From Paragordius varius (taxonomy: Eukaryota > Animalia > Nematomorpha): 64,000 nucleotides of DNA. The stretch covers positions 7,750,001 to 7,814,000 of the forward strand of contig OZ176056.1 in NCBI GenBank assembly GCA_964247055.1, read 5' to 3'. The stretch's first letter is position 1. Each line of letters starts with the position of its first letter. The notes under the pieces are model-generated. The model searched no databases. It was given only the letters and a program-made list of their open reading frames with translations, and was not told the origin of the DNA. Position numbers and translations under genes: made by a program. This document shows positions 25,732 to 40,479 of this stretch, in pieces.

Positions 25732-26932
25732 TCTCTAACAGCATAACTTTCAAGTTTTTCAATATCTGATTGATAAAATTGTGATAGATTACCAGTTTTT
25801 AGAACAATTTTATAAAATTTACCACTTTTTATCAAAAAGCTTTTTGTCTGGACAGATCCTTATCCCTTTTATAAAAAGCCAAATGCCATCTTGATGTCAA
25901 TTTTTTGCATAGTTAACTATATTTATGAATCTTTTTTTATACGACCAAAGGATAGTTTCTTGTGGCTATATACAAAAAATAAAAATTCAAAAATATGGTT
26001 GACTGAAAAATTGGACAATTTTTATTTTGAAACGGCTATAAATAATAAAAATCATGGGCTTCATATATTTTATGCCATATTTACTTTTATTTTATTTATT
26101 TCTATCAAATTTTTAACTCGAATTCAGTGAAAAGCGAATTAAAAAAGTGTTGCTAACTCATTTTAAAAGTTATTATATTTAAGTTATTATATTTATTTAT
26201 TTATATATACCCCCGCAAACCTTCTAGATTACATATTAACACATATTAATAAATTATTGACTAAGCCTAATGGAATTGTGATATAAAAATATTTATACCC
26301 ACTTTTAATCTGGTTCTATGTTCCGATATTAAAAGGTTTAAATATATAAAACATTATTCATTTTTTATTTGTTTCGAGTTGCGTGGTTTAATCTTTTGCT
26401 TTTAGACCGTTTCACATTTAGGAAAGTTCTGATTACATTGTTTTTTGGGTCATCCATCGATATTTTAATTTGCAATAAACTAAAACTAATTTTCTGATAT
26501 GTAGCCGTAAAAACGTAAAGAAAATAATTTTTTTCAAAAGACCAACATACTTTTTTAAATCTTGATTTCCAATCTCAATTAATAAAATATATATATCGAT
26601 TGTCCATTTACATTTCTCTATACCCTGCAATTTTAAAACAACGAGTTGATTATATTTAAAAATTAAAAAGGTAAATTTGACTCTTTGTTGTTTTTTTATA
26701 ATAAATTAAATTTTTTTTATACATTATGTAATAAATAAAGAAACCTCTTTTAAAAAAAATATATTTTTAATTTAGGAAATTGGAATAATATTTTTTGAGA
26801 ACATCGGCAAAAGGAGTTAGAGTTGGTAAGTGTAGTTGTTCCACTTTATTTTTCTTGATCACGCTTTTTATCTTTCATTAAAGTCTTATTTTGCAAAAGG
26901 GGATAGGGGTGGGTGGTGAATGAAAATTTTTA

Positions 26933-27730
26933 GAGTAAAAACTGAAATTACACGGAAAAAACTTAAATATATAAAGATAAATATTTTTTCCTAAAAGACA
27001 ATTACACTTTTTTAAAATTTGAATTTTTCTCATATAAATGATATATTTACAATTATAATATATACCATTTGTAATTCAAGAGTGTCTTTGAACACTTCAA
27101 GTTGGTCCTTGATCAATTCAAGCTGGTCCTTGAACATTTCAAGTTGGTCTTTGAACACTGTTGGTCCTTAAAAATTTAAATTTTAATTTAACCTATATTT
27201 TTGGAAGTATTTTATTATTATTTAACTTAATTTTTTTTTTATTCAAAAACCACTTTTTTGTTTCAAACTAATTTTTCCAATTGAATAAAATTACAAACTT
27301 TTAAATGTTTTCAATAAAAAATTGTAAATAACCCAGAAAACTATATTTATTAAATCTTTTAAATATCTAAAATAATTTTAAAAAATTATTAAAAATATAC
27401 GGTTTATCAATGATTAAAAGGTGATATTCATTTAAAATTTATGTTAAATAATAGAAAATAGGTTAAAAACCATAAAATAGATGAATGATATACGATTTGA
27501 TTGATAAAAGTAAAACAAAAAAGTCAATGGACCAGCTTGAAGTGTTGAAGGACACTCTTGAAGTACAAATGGTATATATAATTGATTGTATTACCACATT
27601 TCTATTTTATACTTTATTGTTTATAACAATGAGTTATATTTAAAAATTAAGATTTAAAAAGTATGGTTGTAGTTTAGGAAAAAATATTTGTCTTTACATT
27701 TTTACGTTTTGTCCGTATAATATATTACTG
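26933..27730. mobile_element. Tc1-like CAGTAAAAA MITE interrupted by a TACCATTTG MITE
   Basis: Left gagtaaaaactgaaattacacggaaaa, right ttttgtccgtataatatattactg|TA; nested element at 27063-27574. Confidence 0.65.
27063..27574. mobile_element. MITE, TACCATTTG family
   Basis: TA|TACCATTTGTAATTCAAG .. CTTGAAGTACAAATGGTA|TA with 21-bp units. Confidence 0.85.
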
Positions 27731-28169
27731 TACTTTTCAAAAAGTACACTCAATAATTAATTATTTTAACATTAAGAGATAATCAATTTACCGTGGGAAT
27801 AATTTTTATCATCAGAGTGCGATATTAGTTAACAAGGCATATAGTTTTTGGATTCAGATACACCTTAAATAAAAAACTGGCCACTCTGTCGTCATGGGCT
27901 AATTTGGTTTCGAAACGAGGTGGCACATTTCATGATTGTGTCTTTAATTGCTTATGTAAAAGAATTTTTTTAGGTAATTAACACTTCAGTAACTATTCAC
28001 TTTTTTGTCCTGATTTACCTTTTGGGATAGGTTTATATCCTAGAGCTCAATTTTGTAAATATACAATATAGTTTTGAAAGTTTTCGCGTTATTAAATTAT
28101 GAAACATTGTTATCATGTATTAGATGAAAAACATATATTTTTTGTTTCTTCTAGAGTGTAAAATTAGCA

Positions 28170-29290
28170 CGCTCGAAAACACGATTGAAACGATCAGCTG
28201 ATAATCAAATTATATCAAGAAACTTTTTAAAGTTAAATACTTACACTTTCTAGCCATAATATATATTTATTTACCTGTTGCATTAACGATTTAAAAAAAT
28301 TATAGAAATAAATGAGGGCAAAAGTTTGAAATAAGGATTTTTTTACAATTACATTCAATGCACCTAAAAGAGTAACTAAAGCATATTATGAAATTCCTAT
28401 ACTTTGAACATATCCAAATTCTAATCGCCCTGGGATATAAAACTACATAAAAGATAATGGAGTGATAACCAACTTCATATCAATGTGTAAAACAATTTTA
28501 CAGTAAAAATTGAAATTATAGAGACAAAACGTATCACATATTATATATTTACTAATTTTTTTTCAAAAAACAACCAGACTTTTTTTAAACCTTAATTCTT
28601 TCCGTTATTTAATTATACAATTGTAAAATAATTAATGTGTTACCAATGGCAATTTAAAAAAATCAAGAGTAAAGAATGGCTGATTTTGAAAAAATTATTA
28701 TTATATTTTTACGTTTTGTCAGTATTATAGTCTACTCTAATATTAATTTTTTGATAGATTTTGGCTTACAAATGCAATATATATACTCATAAAACAGAAA
28801 AGTCCTTACAATATGGAACCTTCAAAAGAATTGAAAAATTCTATGAAAACTTATAAGAACAGTTTTAGATCAGGTTTCATTTTTTTGAATCGGTTTTAGA
28901 ACCGAAAAAAATGGAACACCAGTTAAATTTTGAGAACTGTTTTGGAACCAGCTCCAAAACACGATTGAAACGAACAGCTGAGACTAAAATAGATAAATAT
29001 CAAAAATTGCTGGTAATTTTTAAATTGAAATGTTTCTAAACTTGATTATTTATAATTTCAACCATAATAATTTATTTGCTTGTTGTAAAATTCAAATATA
29101 AAGATCAAAATGGCGGCGAAAAAGTTTTAGATGATGAATTACAATTTTATATTTAGTTAAAAAAATTTTTTATTTGTTTTGATGCGCCTAGTAGGCTACA
29201 AATCATATTTTAAATTTTGACATACTGAAAATATTTTTTACGATATTATTTTAATTGGTGCCCTGGGATATAAAACTACACTAAAAGGTC
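28170..29290. repeat. Two copies of a dispersed repeat (acacgattgaaacga.cagctga ... ccctgggatataaaactaca)
   Basis: Blocks at ~28180-28445 and ~28960-29280; related blocks at ~24540-24710 and inverted at ~56080-56115. Confidence 0.55.
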
Positions 29291-29544
29291 ATCAAGCATG
29301 AAGTGTTAACTCTTAATTGTGCGATTATATGAAGTATAAATTAGTTGTTTTGCCAATATAAATCCATATTCATTGTTTGGCAACGCAGTCCAAACCGATA
29401 AGTTTTATAGTTTATCTTAAAAATATGATTTCGTTTGCGGAAAAAACACAATATGAAAAATGTGACACCAAGTTTAAATTTTGCAATTGTCCATATTTTT
29501 TACTCAATCATTTCCATTATTTGGTCGTCGCATGATATAAAATT

Positions 29545-29950
29545 AAAAACCAAAATTAGATTAATCAAGGAAGCAGTATTTCCCACATTACTATATGGAT
29601 GCGAGAGGTGGACACTGAAAAATATGACAAATGATAAATTCTTTCGAATTATGGGTTTGGAGGAAACCTCTCCAAATAAAATCGTCAGAAACTAAATCCA
29701 CTATTTTTAAAAAAATTAATTTCGAAATGTTTCTCCTTGGCATCCTAATACACCAAAAACTCTCCTATTCCGGCCACATTATGAGATCCAACTCACTCGA
29801 AAAGTCATGGATGCTGGGAAAAGTGAGCGGTGCTCGTAAAACATTAGTCGAACTAACCGCTAGATATGGTATTCGCGATGAGTGGGGAAGTTATATTTTC
29901 AATGTTGCAGTTAGTCGGTATCGACCTTAGCAAAAGCAAACAAAACAATG
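29545..29950 (+). mobile_element. RTE-clade (BovB-like) LINE, 5'-truncated 3' fragment
   Basis: KIRLIKEAVFPTLLYGCERWTL..INSFELWVWR..KLSYSGHIMRSNSLEKSWMLGKVSG; frameshifted; A-rich tail. Confidence 0.8.
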
Positions 29951-32439
29951 TGAGATAGGCTGTTTTTCGCAGTACAGTACTGGGTTATCGACAAACTGCG
30001 CCTGTATTGAGATGACATTTTTTTGAAATTGAAATAAAAAATATAAATTTTTTATAAATAAAACATAACGGTACCCCTTAATAATAATTTAAATACATTG
30101 AAACCCTGGTTGTTGATCCAATTTATAGGGATGAGAAAACTACAAATACACCATTAGTTATTCCAAGCGCTATACCTATAGCGTTGAATCCCTTTTAAAA
30201 TTAACTAATAATTATATTCCCATAATATCAGATCAACTTCGCACTGATCTCATTATTCGTGGATCTCAAGGATTAAAAAATAAATGCTATCTCTTTGAAA
30301 CAAAAAAGTATCTATCAATGGCCCAATCTTAGTTTTTTAATGTGTGGGTAAGATGAAGGATTCGAAATTGAGAGTTGTTGCCTTTTTATATTCACCAAAG
30401 TACAGATCTGCATATATTTTTATTGTCTTTTTGACAGATCTTATTCTTTACCAATATCTTTCTAAACTCCACATGGTTTTAATAAATGTGGTAAAGAAAA
30501 AAAATTAATCCAATATGATATTAGACCCAATCATTGGAAGGCAGTTACTGCTTAAAAAGAGGCGGAAGGAGGATTTGTTAATAGAAAAAGAATTGATTCA
30601 GCTCTAGAAGCTCAGATAAAAAAATCAAAACAAAGAATCGAAGGTCCGAGAACAACCACAATACCCGAAAAACCCATTAATTTAGAATACCTAGCTTATT
30701 TTTTTCATCCTAACCAAACGCAACATTCTTTCAAGTAAACGCAACATTTTCCACCCAAACGGAACTAATAATGTTACGTTTGGTTGAAAAAGTGTTGCTT
30801 TAGACAGAAAAATGTTTTTTAAAATTATTCTACGGATATGATTAAAAAATTATACAATTTTAATTTTTTTCTTAATTTGGCTCATTATAAGGGATACAAC
30901 TAGTTAATATATAATGTTCGAATTTAATAGATAAGAATTAAAAAATAGGACCTTATTTAAAATCGGAAAGTCAAAAATTATTCAGCATTAACTAATTAAA
31001 ATAAGGCGCTGTTGATTTTGAAAAGCTCAGAATTCCTACCAGACCTGTAATGTAATTAGATATGGACAAGCTTACATTCAGATGTTAAAGGGTTTCTATA
31101 TAAACAAATAAAAAGTTGGTTTATTAGTCCTACCTACCCTAAAATGCGGGTAATATCCCTGATGAAAAATTTAAATGGATTGATTTCACAAAAACATTTC
31201 ATTTTGAAGGATAAAGAACGGTACTAAACTAATGATATCCGCTAATAATTCATCATATCGCGATCGATTATAGGTTTTAATTTAAAAACTATAATACTTA
31301 CGACTGCCGAGGTAAAAAGCTTTTTCTATTTTTAGAAACTTTTTCTATTGAAATATGATATGATTTATGTCACCCCTGTCCAAAAAATAAAATATGATTG
31401 TTGTTCTATAAACAAGACTATCCAGATATCTAAATGTAAAAAATCAATATAGGTGTGGAAAGGGCAAAGGTTTTACGCACTGTCTCTCTTCTAATTTTAC
31501 ATATATTTCATTTAGGTGATATTAGGAACTTTACCTTAAAACACAATGTTTGATGCCAAATTCTTTCACAGAATTTATTTTTTGATATGGATAAATATAT
31601 TTGTAACATGTATATTAATGTTATTAACCAGAACAGAGTATGTCTCTCTAAAAAATATATTATATTATTATATGACAATACAATTGATATTTTATTATTC
31701 AACTTTTTATTATGGAAGGCAAGACTAGTCTTTTAAATTGGAGATTTGGATGCACTATAAGCAAAAAAAACTTGTAAAAATCCATTTTTTTCCACAATTA
31801 TTGTACATTAATATATAAACGAAAAATTGATATCAAAAATTAAAATCAGGATATTTTGAAACTTTATTGATGAGTCTTTCTTATATAGTATTATATCTTG
31901 CAGAAGTCTAACTTGGTAGGCTCGGTGTATTTAACATATAATTTTGAAAATTACTAATTAAAAATCATGCATGCCTGGAGTCTAGCAAGTAAGTTTCTGT
32001 AAAGCATTTAAAAATAAGTAGCAAAATTCATGAAAGCATATACAGGAATTTACTCATATCTAACAAAATAAATTGTTGTCTTTTAATTACACAACCAATT
32101 GATATTCCATGTAGTTACGCCAAAATGAATTGGCCATTTAATTATATTAACTTTCAGGCATTCCTTTGTTTAAAATAAGCTATTTTAACTCCTCGTGGAT
32201 ATATGGCATTCTATCCATATATATATTTAGATATATATATACCAAACATTTTTTTATATTTTAATTGAATTGAATGGCAATAAAACTAGGATTCAAAACA
32301 GCATGATTTGGTTATAGTTTTTATGTTTAGATATATTTATATATATATATGTATATATATGCCATTCATTGATGTTATACTGTAAAAAGGCAATTAGACC
32401 GATTCAATTTAACTCTAAACTTTGTTTCTCTACTTAATT

Positions 32440-32623
32440 AAAATATTTTGAAGAACTTTTTAAATATATATGGTTTTTGAATAATTAAAAGTTGATATTT
32501 ATTAAGTTTTGTTAAATTATAAAATAGATGAATGAACGATTTGATCGATGAGAAAAAAAATTAAAGAGGGTGAAGGACCAAATGACCAACTGAGTGTTCA
32601 ATGACACCTAAGTGCAAATGGTA
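32440..32623. mobile_element. Right arm of a TACCATTTGCAC MITE
   Basis: ..gaccaactgagtgttcaatgacacctaagtgcaaatggta|TA. Confidence 0.6.
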
Positions 32624-33540
32624 TATACCATATCATTTAAAAAATATTTAATAAATAGGCTGATTTTTAGGGTTAAAAAATCTATGTGACTTTGAAAAAA
32701 TTAAGTGATTCAGACAAAGACTCCTCCTTTAAGAACATCTCTACATCATATTAGATTTTAACCGTAAAAAAATAAATTGGATTGATTATATTTATAATAT
32801 CGAGGTGATCGTAAATCCAATGATATATTTCATCCTTTTCGTATAGAATTCTGTTCTACCTTGCCTTTATTTATAATTTAATTAAGAGATGGTAATAACT
32901 AACAATAGAAATTATTTTCTCAAAAATGTTAGTCTCCATTGTTTTTTACAATGTGCACCCTAATTCTGTGTCTACACAATAGGCACAGGCACCCTTAATT
33001 GATGGATGATGTTTTACTTTTCCATAAAATAATGGAAAAAATAAATAAATAAACAATATAAGGTGTGATAAATAATATAAAAAAATTTTAAACCTTCATA
33101 TATTTTGTTCGGCACCATATTGAAAATATTTTTTACTTCCTACCATTCATTTTTTATGGCGACCCAAAGTATGATAAATTTAATTTTTTATCCCATATTT
33201 TTGAATTGAATATTATAAATCTGCCCAGTATATACGATAAATTGTATTTTTTCACCAATTAATAAATCAAAAATATTTTTGCTTTAAATTTTTATCACAA
33301 AAATTGGTGTAAGGGTTGGGTTCAGACGAATTCCTTTTCATAACCTTGACTCATCCTTAAAATGCCCAAAGTTTTAATATCTCATCGTGTGTGGAGATTT
33401 TAAAACACTATTTAAATTGAAAGGAAATGTAAAAATTACAATAATTTTTTTATTTAATAATATATTTATTTTTAAGTAATGTGGCTCCGTTTTTGTTTTT
33501 TAATTTATTTAGATTATTTTGTAAGATTGTTAAATACTAT

Positions 33541-34608
33541 GCTAGGTGAAGTCAAAAGTTATTAGATGTTTAACTATGAGAATAAAAAAATTGTAGCAGA
33601 CGATTAATTGACACCTCCCTTATTTTGTTCTGGGACAATAAACGATAAATATCCACAAACTGATTTGGCCAAAAATTAGCGTTTTATCTTTATCCTTCAA
33701 TAATCATATGGAATTAATGTTCGTAAAAGAACATTTGCTTTACGAATTATTAAAGAAAAATGCTGTTGAAAGTTATTGTTTATGGTAATATGGTGAGCAT
33801 GGTACATCAATTAAAACATATGAAACATGTGATAATTTGAAAGTTATAATTTCAATTTGAAACAGATAGGCCTATCACAAAACTGCGAAGACGAATCATT
33901 TCATTGGTTGATGACTCAGCTTAAACCCAATTAGCTAATAAACTCGGTGAATGATTTTCATACAATTTGCATGCGTCATATCGAAAATTGTAAAGTGGCT
34001 TGTGAACCCGTGTTTCTCCGTCTCGAAAGGCAATCATTTTACATTGGGTGATTTTGAGTGGTTTTATTTTTTATGTCAAGCAGGAAAATCGTGGGTTTAC
34101 TCTTGTTAAACCAGTACCTTACACCAAGGCCAAATCGCTTCGGCAACCAAACATGGCTAGTGGGACCAGAGCGATAATATATACTATATTTGGAAAGCTA
34201 GGTGAAACCATAATAAACAGCGCTATCACCAATTATGATGAATTTAATACATGCATTACTAACATAGGAATTGGCTAAAACCAAGGGCAAACTGATTTTG
34301 CTACATAAAAGCTTCACAAAAAACTAGGAAAACATCTTCAAATCGCTTTAATAGGAATGACTTAGCATCCGCTAAATTCTTGCCTTACTGCAAACACAAT
34401 TTTGCATCAATGCGGCCCACTCTCGCAAAGCAGCTTGAAGACGTTGGAAAATGGCTGATGAATGGGTTTTCGTAAAAACCATCACTTTTTCTTAAACGGC
34501 ATTATCACAGAGATGGGCGAAATGTGTGAAAGCCTATGCACAATATTTGAATAAGAAATATTAATCCTTATTTTTTTATCAGAAAACCCATAGTGACTAC
34601 ACCTGATA
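33541..34608 (+). mobile_element. Degenerate mariner element
   Basis: Fragments resembling the mariner N-terminus (EHLLYEL..YGEH) and C-terminus (RWAKCV..YFE*); imperfect TIR taggtgaagtc / gactacacctg. No intact ORF. Confidence 0.65.
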
Positions 34609-34728
34609 CCTGATGCATTAATAGCGATCATATTAAAATAAACAAGATATATTTGTTACTATAAAATTACACTTAAAAAATTATTTCATTGAACTATAAC
34701 TGATATATAAATAATATTCTATTTTTAT

Positions 34729-35810
34729 ATGACCTATTTAGTTATCATATTCACCATTGCATGCTTCCTCATTGTCCTTACCATTGTGGGAAATATCATA
34801 ATTATTGTGATGTTTTGGACCTTTCGGGATATTCGTAGAGCTGCTCGAAATTACATAGTCTTTTCTTTGGCATGCGCTGACTTATTGATTGGGATTTTTG
34901 CGTTGCCTTTTGCAGCTATTCAATTGAGACATGAACATTGGATTTTCAATACACCTCTTTGTTATACGCATGTGACGATAGACACGACAGCTACTCTCAT
35001 AAGCATTTTTACCGTAACACTGACGGCTCTTATGGATGTACGCTTAGTTTTTAGCCATGCCAAGCTATCCCATATATATTCGTGGCGTAATGTGTCGATA
35101 GTAATACTAATGAGTTGGTTAATACCTGGTTAACTATCCTACTGCACCTTGCCATAAATCCTTCACGTATGAAATTATTTATTAAACCTATTGAGCCAAT
35201 TACAATCAAACTTTTATCACAAATCCCCATCGAAGAATTTCATCAAAACGATTCGTTATCACGAAAGCCATCACCATATCAGTGCCTTCCTGATTTTGAT
35301 GTACATTTTTTTGTTGCAATCATTGTTGTCTTTTATGTCATAGGCATTATAATAATTATATCTTGTTATGGTTTTATTGTATGTCGCGTTTGGTTACAAT
35401 CAAGGAAATTTGGTCGAAATACTATTAAACCATCAAATAGAATATCTCCAACCACATCAAACAGGCCGCCTCCACAACAAAGAAATTTGAGATTCCTCAG
35501 ATTGACGCTTGCATTGGGTTTAGTAGCATGCATTTGCTACATGCCAGGGGCCGTGATATTTATGTTGGAGGCTAGTAAAAGCTCTTCTATCGCTTTATGG
35601 GTCTTTACGTTTGGGATTTGGCTTAGTTATGCAAAATCGGCTATAAACCCATTCCTGTACGGATTACTTAACTCGAAATTCCGTGAACATTTGGGTCGAT
35701 TTGTTGGGATAAAAGTTGCCCACGAGCCAACTTCACAAACTCAAACACGAAGTCAAATGTTAACTGGATCAAAGACACTTTCAAATCTTTCATTATCTCC
35801 CATAATATAA
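34729..35810 (+). CDS. Class A GPCR, aminergic-like, paralog 1; -1 frameshift at ~35130 (pseudogene or consensus error)
   Basis: TM1 GN, TM2 LACADLL, C3.25 and D3.32 (CYTHVTID), TM6 CYMP, TM7 NPFLY. Two ORFs (34729-35133, 35115-35810) join to match paralog 2 if one T is added to cctggt^taact. Confidence 0.85.
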
Positions 35811-36190
35811 GTAGCCATCACGTAGAAAACAGATATAGCAATCACATAATCTAAAATTTTTTTGCAATAAAATTTTCACTCATTTCGAAAGGATAATAAC
35901 TTTTAGGAGACATTTATTATACTTTTTAAAAAGAATTACGTTACCCCTATGGTATGATACCTTTAATATTTTTAAAAATGAGTTTTAAATTTTTTTTAAA
36001 TAAATATCTCTCAAAGTACACGCAACCATATACTACAACCAATTTAATTTATTAGAGGACCTATGTGGGTGATGTTTTGCTTGAAACGTCATGGATCTTA
36101 GTTTATATATATATGATAAATCTGTGATAAAATTAATAAAATGAAAAAATGAAATTCTGAATTTTTATGACGCTTCGATACATATATATA

Positions 36191-37310
36191 CACTGTGTGC
36201 AAAAAGCGAGTTAATTTTTTTTAGCAAAAAAATTTTTTTTCGTGTAGCTTATGACCAACAAATTCATTTGCCGCAAAAATTATTATTTGTTGGCAACCTA
36301 ATTATTTATTGAAAGAAAATCGAAATTGGGCGAAAAAATTAAGGATAATTTAAAAAATAATGATAAAATTTGAGATATTATGATTATTATTATCATTTTA
36401 GGATATATTTTTAGTATATAAATAGCTAAAATCATATAGTAAGGGTTTCTATAAAATTCCATCTCAAAAGATGACGTTTTTCTTTTAACACACTTAAAAG
36501 ACAATTTTTTTATATAACTATATTAAAAATTTTTTTTTATTATTTTCTACTTAAACTCACTATTAAAATCTTATCATTCATATTTTATTCAATAAAAAAA
36601 CTTATATTCAAAATTAAACCAAAAATATTGTTTTTTCGAATTTTTTTGTCATATGGTTTATTAGTGTATAAAAGGTGTATACTGTTATTTTGGAATCTTA
36701 CATGAGTATGAATTATAAAGTATATAATTTATGCAAAATAGGATTTGGTAGTGGAATATCAACCAATAATCCGTACAAATCTCAATAGAAATATTAATTT
36801 GTCATAAAACAGACTTGTTACAGGGAGTAAGGATTGTTGGTTGATATTCCACTACTTTTATATCCTATTTTGCAATCATATAAATAATTCCCACTCATGT
36901 AAAATTCCAAAATAAAATCGGATAAATTTAATACACTTATAAACCAGATGACAAAAAATGCAAAAAAACAATATTTTTGGTTATTGATATACAAGTTTTT
37001 TTTACTGAAAAAAATAAATGTTAAGATCTTAGTAGTGAGTTTAGGTATAAAATTTTGTATTTTAAGTGTGACGCCATCTTTTGAGCTGAAATCTTTAGAA
37101 ACTCTACTATATGATTTTAGGCTATATATATTGAAAATATATCCTAAAATGAAAATAAACCATAATTTCTCAACTTTTATCATTATTTTAATTTTCACTC
37201 TTTGCCCGATTTCGATTTTCTCTCAATATTTCAAAAACTAGGTTGTCAACAAATAAAAATTTTTGCGGCAAATGAATACGCTGGTCATAAGGTATCTCAT
37301 GAAAATAGTG
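36191..37310. mobile_element. ~1.1-kb foldback element (near-whole-length inverted repeat), CACTGTGTGC termini
   Basis: TA|CACTGTGTGC..; arms are reverse complements inward to a ~50-bp loop near 36780-36830; the right terminus has a deletion, ..atagtg|TA. Second copy at 48944-50083. Confidence 0.8.
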
Positions 37311-37388
37311 TATGTATATATATATATAGTATTTGAATTTCAAGCTATACTAATATGTTTATTTGATCCGCAATAGGTCTAAAACATA

Positions 37389-37668
37389 CAATAAAAATTG
37401 AAATTATACGGACAAAACGTCAAAAAATATTTTTTTAAAAACAACCATACTTTTTAATCTTACTTTTTTTAATATAACTCATTGTTCTAACTGCAAAATA
37501 TAATATAGAAATGTAAATTGGTAAAACTATCAATTACGCATTTTACGATTATAATTAAATGTTTTTATTGGTTAATTAAGGTTAAAAAAGTATGGTTGGT
37601 TGTCTTCTAAGATAACTAATTTATCATTATATTTTTACATTTTGTCCGTATAATTTTTATTTTTACTG
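37389..37668. mobile_element. Tc1-like MITE (CAGTAAAAA family)
   Basis: TA|caataaaaattgaaattatacggacaaaa .. ttttgtccgtataatttttatttttactg|TA. Confidence 0.8.
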
Positions 37669-40305
37669 TAAAAACATGCTGCAATAACTATTGCAAATCA
37701 TGTGTAATATTAACCAGGGCCTTGAACAGGTCCGGATCTGAACACGTACAACCCGGTTTCGCTTTCAAAATTTTAGGACCCATCTCGGTTGCATTTTTAA
37801 ATTCCATTTTTTGACCTGATTTGAGGCCCTGATTTTAACGATCGCCAATATTATGGAGTTTATTTTTTTTTCAGATACAAAGGCTTAGCTAGAGGGGGGA
37901 AGGAGGGAAACATTGGGCGCCATAGTTGAAGGGAATGCCGGATTTTAAAATTTTTATATTTTATTTCAAAATGTAGGTATTTAGGAGTTTTGTATTTAAA
38001 GTAACCTATTGAAAAAATCATCGATTTGATTATTTTTTTAAATCCAAGAGGTTGCATGGAGGGGGCGCTATCACGGATTCATGAATTAGTTTCATGGTAA
38101 GTATCACAACATATTTCTTCATTACAGGCAATAACAGATCATTAAAACTATTGAAAAATAGCAGAAGCACAAGGACATTAAATTTATATAGCTAAATTTG
38201 TAATAAACTACACATATTTTATCAGACGGAGGTTAAATTATTAGAAAACAGGAAATTTTTTGGCGAAAGGCGCCATCTTGGGTTTCTCAAAGTCTCTGTT
38301 GCTAATTAGGATTACTAATATATCCAACCTGCAACTAGGTAGACAACTATCTCTACTCCTGTTGATTTATAACTTATAAGGAGGTTAAATTATATTTGAT
38401 CATTCCATTGTGTACCGCTTTACTCATTGTTTCAATATACCACCAATCACCTATAAAGTAAAATCTATAATTTATTTCTATTGATTTCATAACCATATTA
38501 ATTAAATTAACATATATAAGACTTAGAAAAAAAATTTTAACAACAGATTGCTCTTAAAGCCAAGCTTCTAATCAATTTTTATTCATTCTTGTGTTCGTTA
38601 ATCAAAAAAGGGGCATTATAAAATTATTAGGTCAGTGTTTCCAAACATTGAAAATTTTGATTTTAATATACAGAGAGTAGGGCTTAGGCCTAAAGTACGA
38701 AGATCATTATTGCGCATTTACAAGGGCGTAATAAATAAATTATTGATATAATATATATATATAACACTGGACAACATATTTTTCTGCCACTCGAGTTTTT
38801 TCTTATATTTAGTATCATTCTAACAGTAAATCTGAAATAAAAATTATAACTCCACGTAAGTATTTTGTATAATTTGATTTTTTTGATTATGCGCTTTCTT
38901 ATCAAAATTTTACTAAAAAATGTTTTTCCAAAATATACAAGTAATGCCCATTTGTAATACCATTCGAAAGAATAATAAAAACTCTATAACATGTATACTA
39001 ATATATATATATATCGACAGTTAATATTGGATACAGAGACCGACAAACGCGCGAAGCGAGAGCATTTTTTTAAAATTAATATATTTTTGAAACTAATGGA
39101 TGAAAATAGCTCAAACTTGTCTAGATGGTGATGAATGTCCAAAAAAGAGAACACAAGAAAGTTTTTTTGATTAAAACATTTATTATTGCTTTTATGTCAC
39201 TCAAGCAAAGTTTTTTGTTGTTTAAAAATTACCATCTCATAAATATTAATTTATTTTTTTACGAGGCTGATAATTTTGAAATTTTAAAGAAATGTAATAA
39301 ATTTACAGTTATAACTATGCATTTTAGTATTTACTAGGTAAAATGATAATAATATTTTTAATAAAAAAGCAAACCAAAAGCTTTTTTAAACACTTTTTTA
39401 AATTACATACTATAACCCTAATAATGTAAACTTTATTTTATTAAAGATTTACTTTTTTTCGTTAATTGGGTATTAATATTTGGTAAATAATATAAAGAGC
39501 TATATGGTATACCATATCATATTCTTTAAAAAATTAAAAGAAGTGTGGGGGAAGGGCGTCAGAAACTTTAGTAAAAAATGAAAATCTTAAATATTGTTTA
39601 AAGGGGAATGGTAATATTTTTGTTAATTTTTTCCAAAATTTTATATATTAATTTTTTTGATAAAATTTTTATTTAACACCTAGATTCGAATTAGGGTATC
39701 TAAATATACCCCAGACTAAATTTGAGTTAGGATTTTTAAAACTAGTGAACGAAACGGTCCCAATTTAAATTTATGCTTCTTTCCTAATAAAAATTATATA
39801 AATATGTCAAAATATCTAAATAAAATTTTGTTTTGAAAAAAAAAGTTCCATGTCAAACAACTTCGACGCCATTTTTATTTTACAAAATATTTGCAAAATG
39901 TCGTCTTCATTTAGTGTTAAGGGTAAAATTAAAGATATTTTTTTGTATTTAAATCACATCTAACCTTGATAGAAATAGAAGAAGCGATTTATTTTATATT
40001 GTTTTTCAATTATTTTTACCTTTTGGTTTTAGCTTAAAAATGAATGTATTGTATCCAAGTGTTAAACAAAAAAAATTAACCTAAATATATAGATTATTAT
40101 GTATAGGTAAAAAAATATTTATTATAATTTAATAGGATATCACGATAAATAAAACAAACATATAACGGACAAATAATGAATTGTGTGTATATATAAGGGA
40201 AAACATAGGAAATGAATATGGATTATATAGCGTTTATAAATTATATTATGGAACTGAATGCGTTTCATCCTTAAATGTTCTATTTTGGGAAATTTAAAAT
40301 TCAAT

Positions 40306-40340
<35 letters not shown>

Positions 40341-40479
40341 CCAGTTTACCACTATTTAACCCTATTGAATGTTTTTTCCTATAATAATTGTTATAAAAAA
40401 AGCAAAATATATCTGGTATATCGTACTGTGAGATCAAAGAAAAACGAAGTCTCTGATACTTATAATAAATGATGTTTAA

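Noticed and set aside
30480-30690. Open stretch YDIRPNHWKAVTA*KEAEGG as a host exon
   Set aside because: It contains a stop, lacks clear splice sites and loosely resembles a LINE C-terminus; not supportable.
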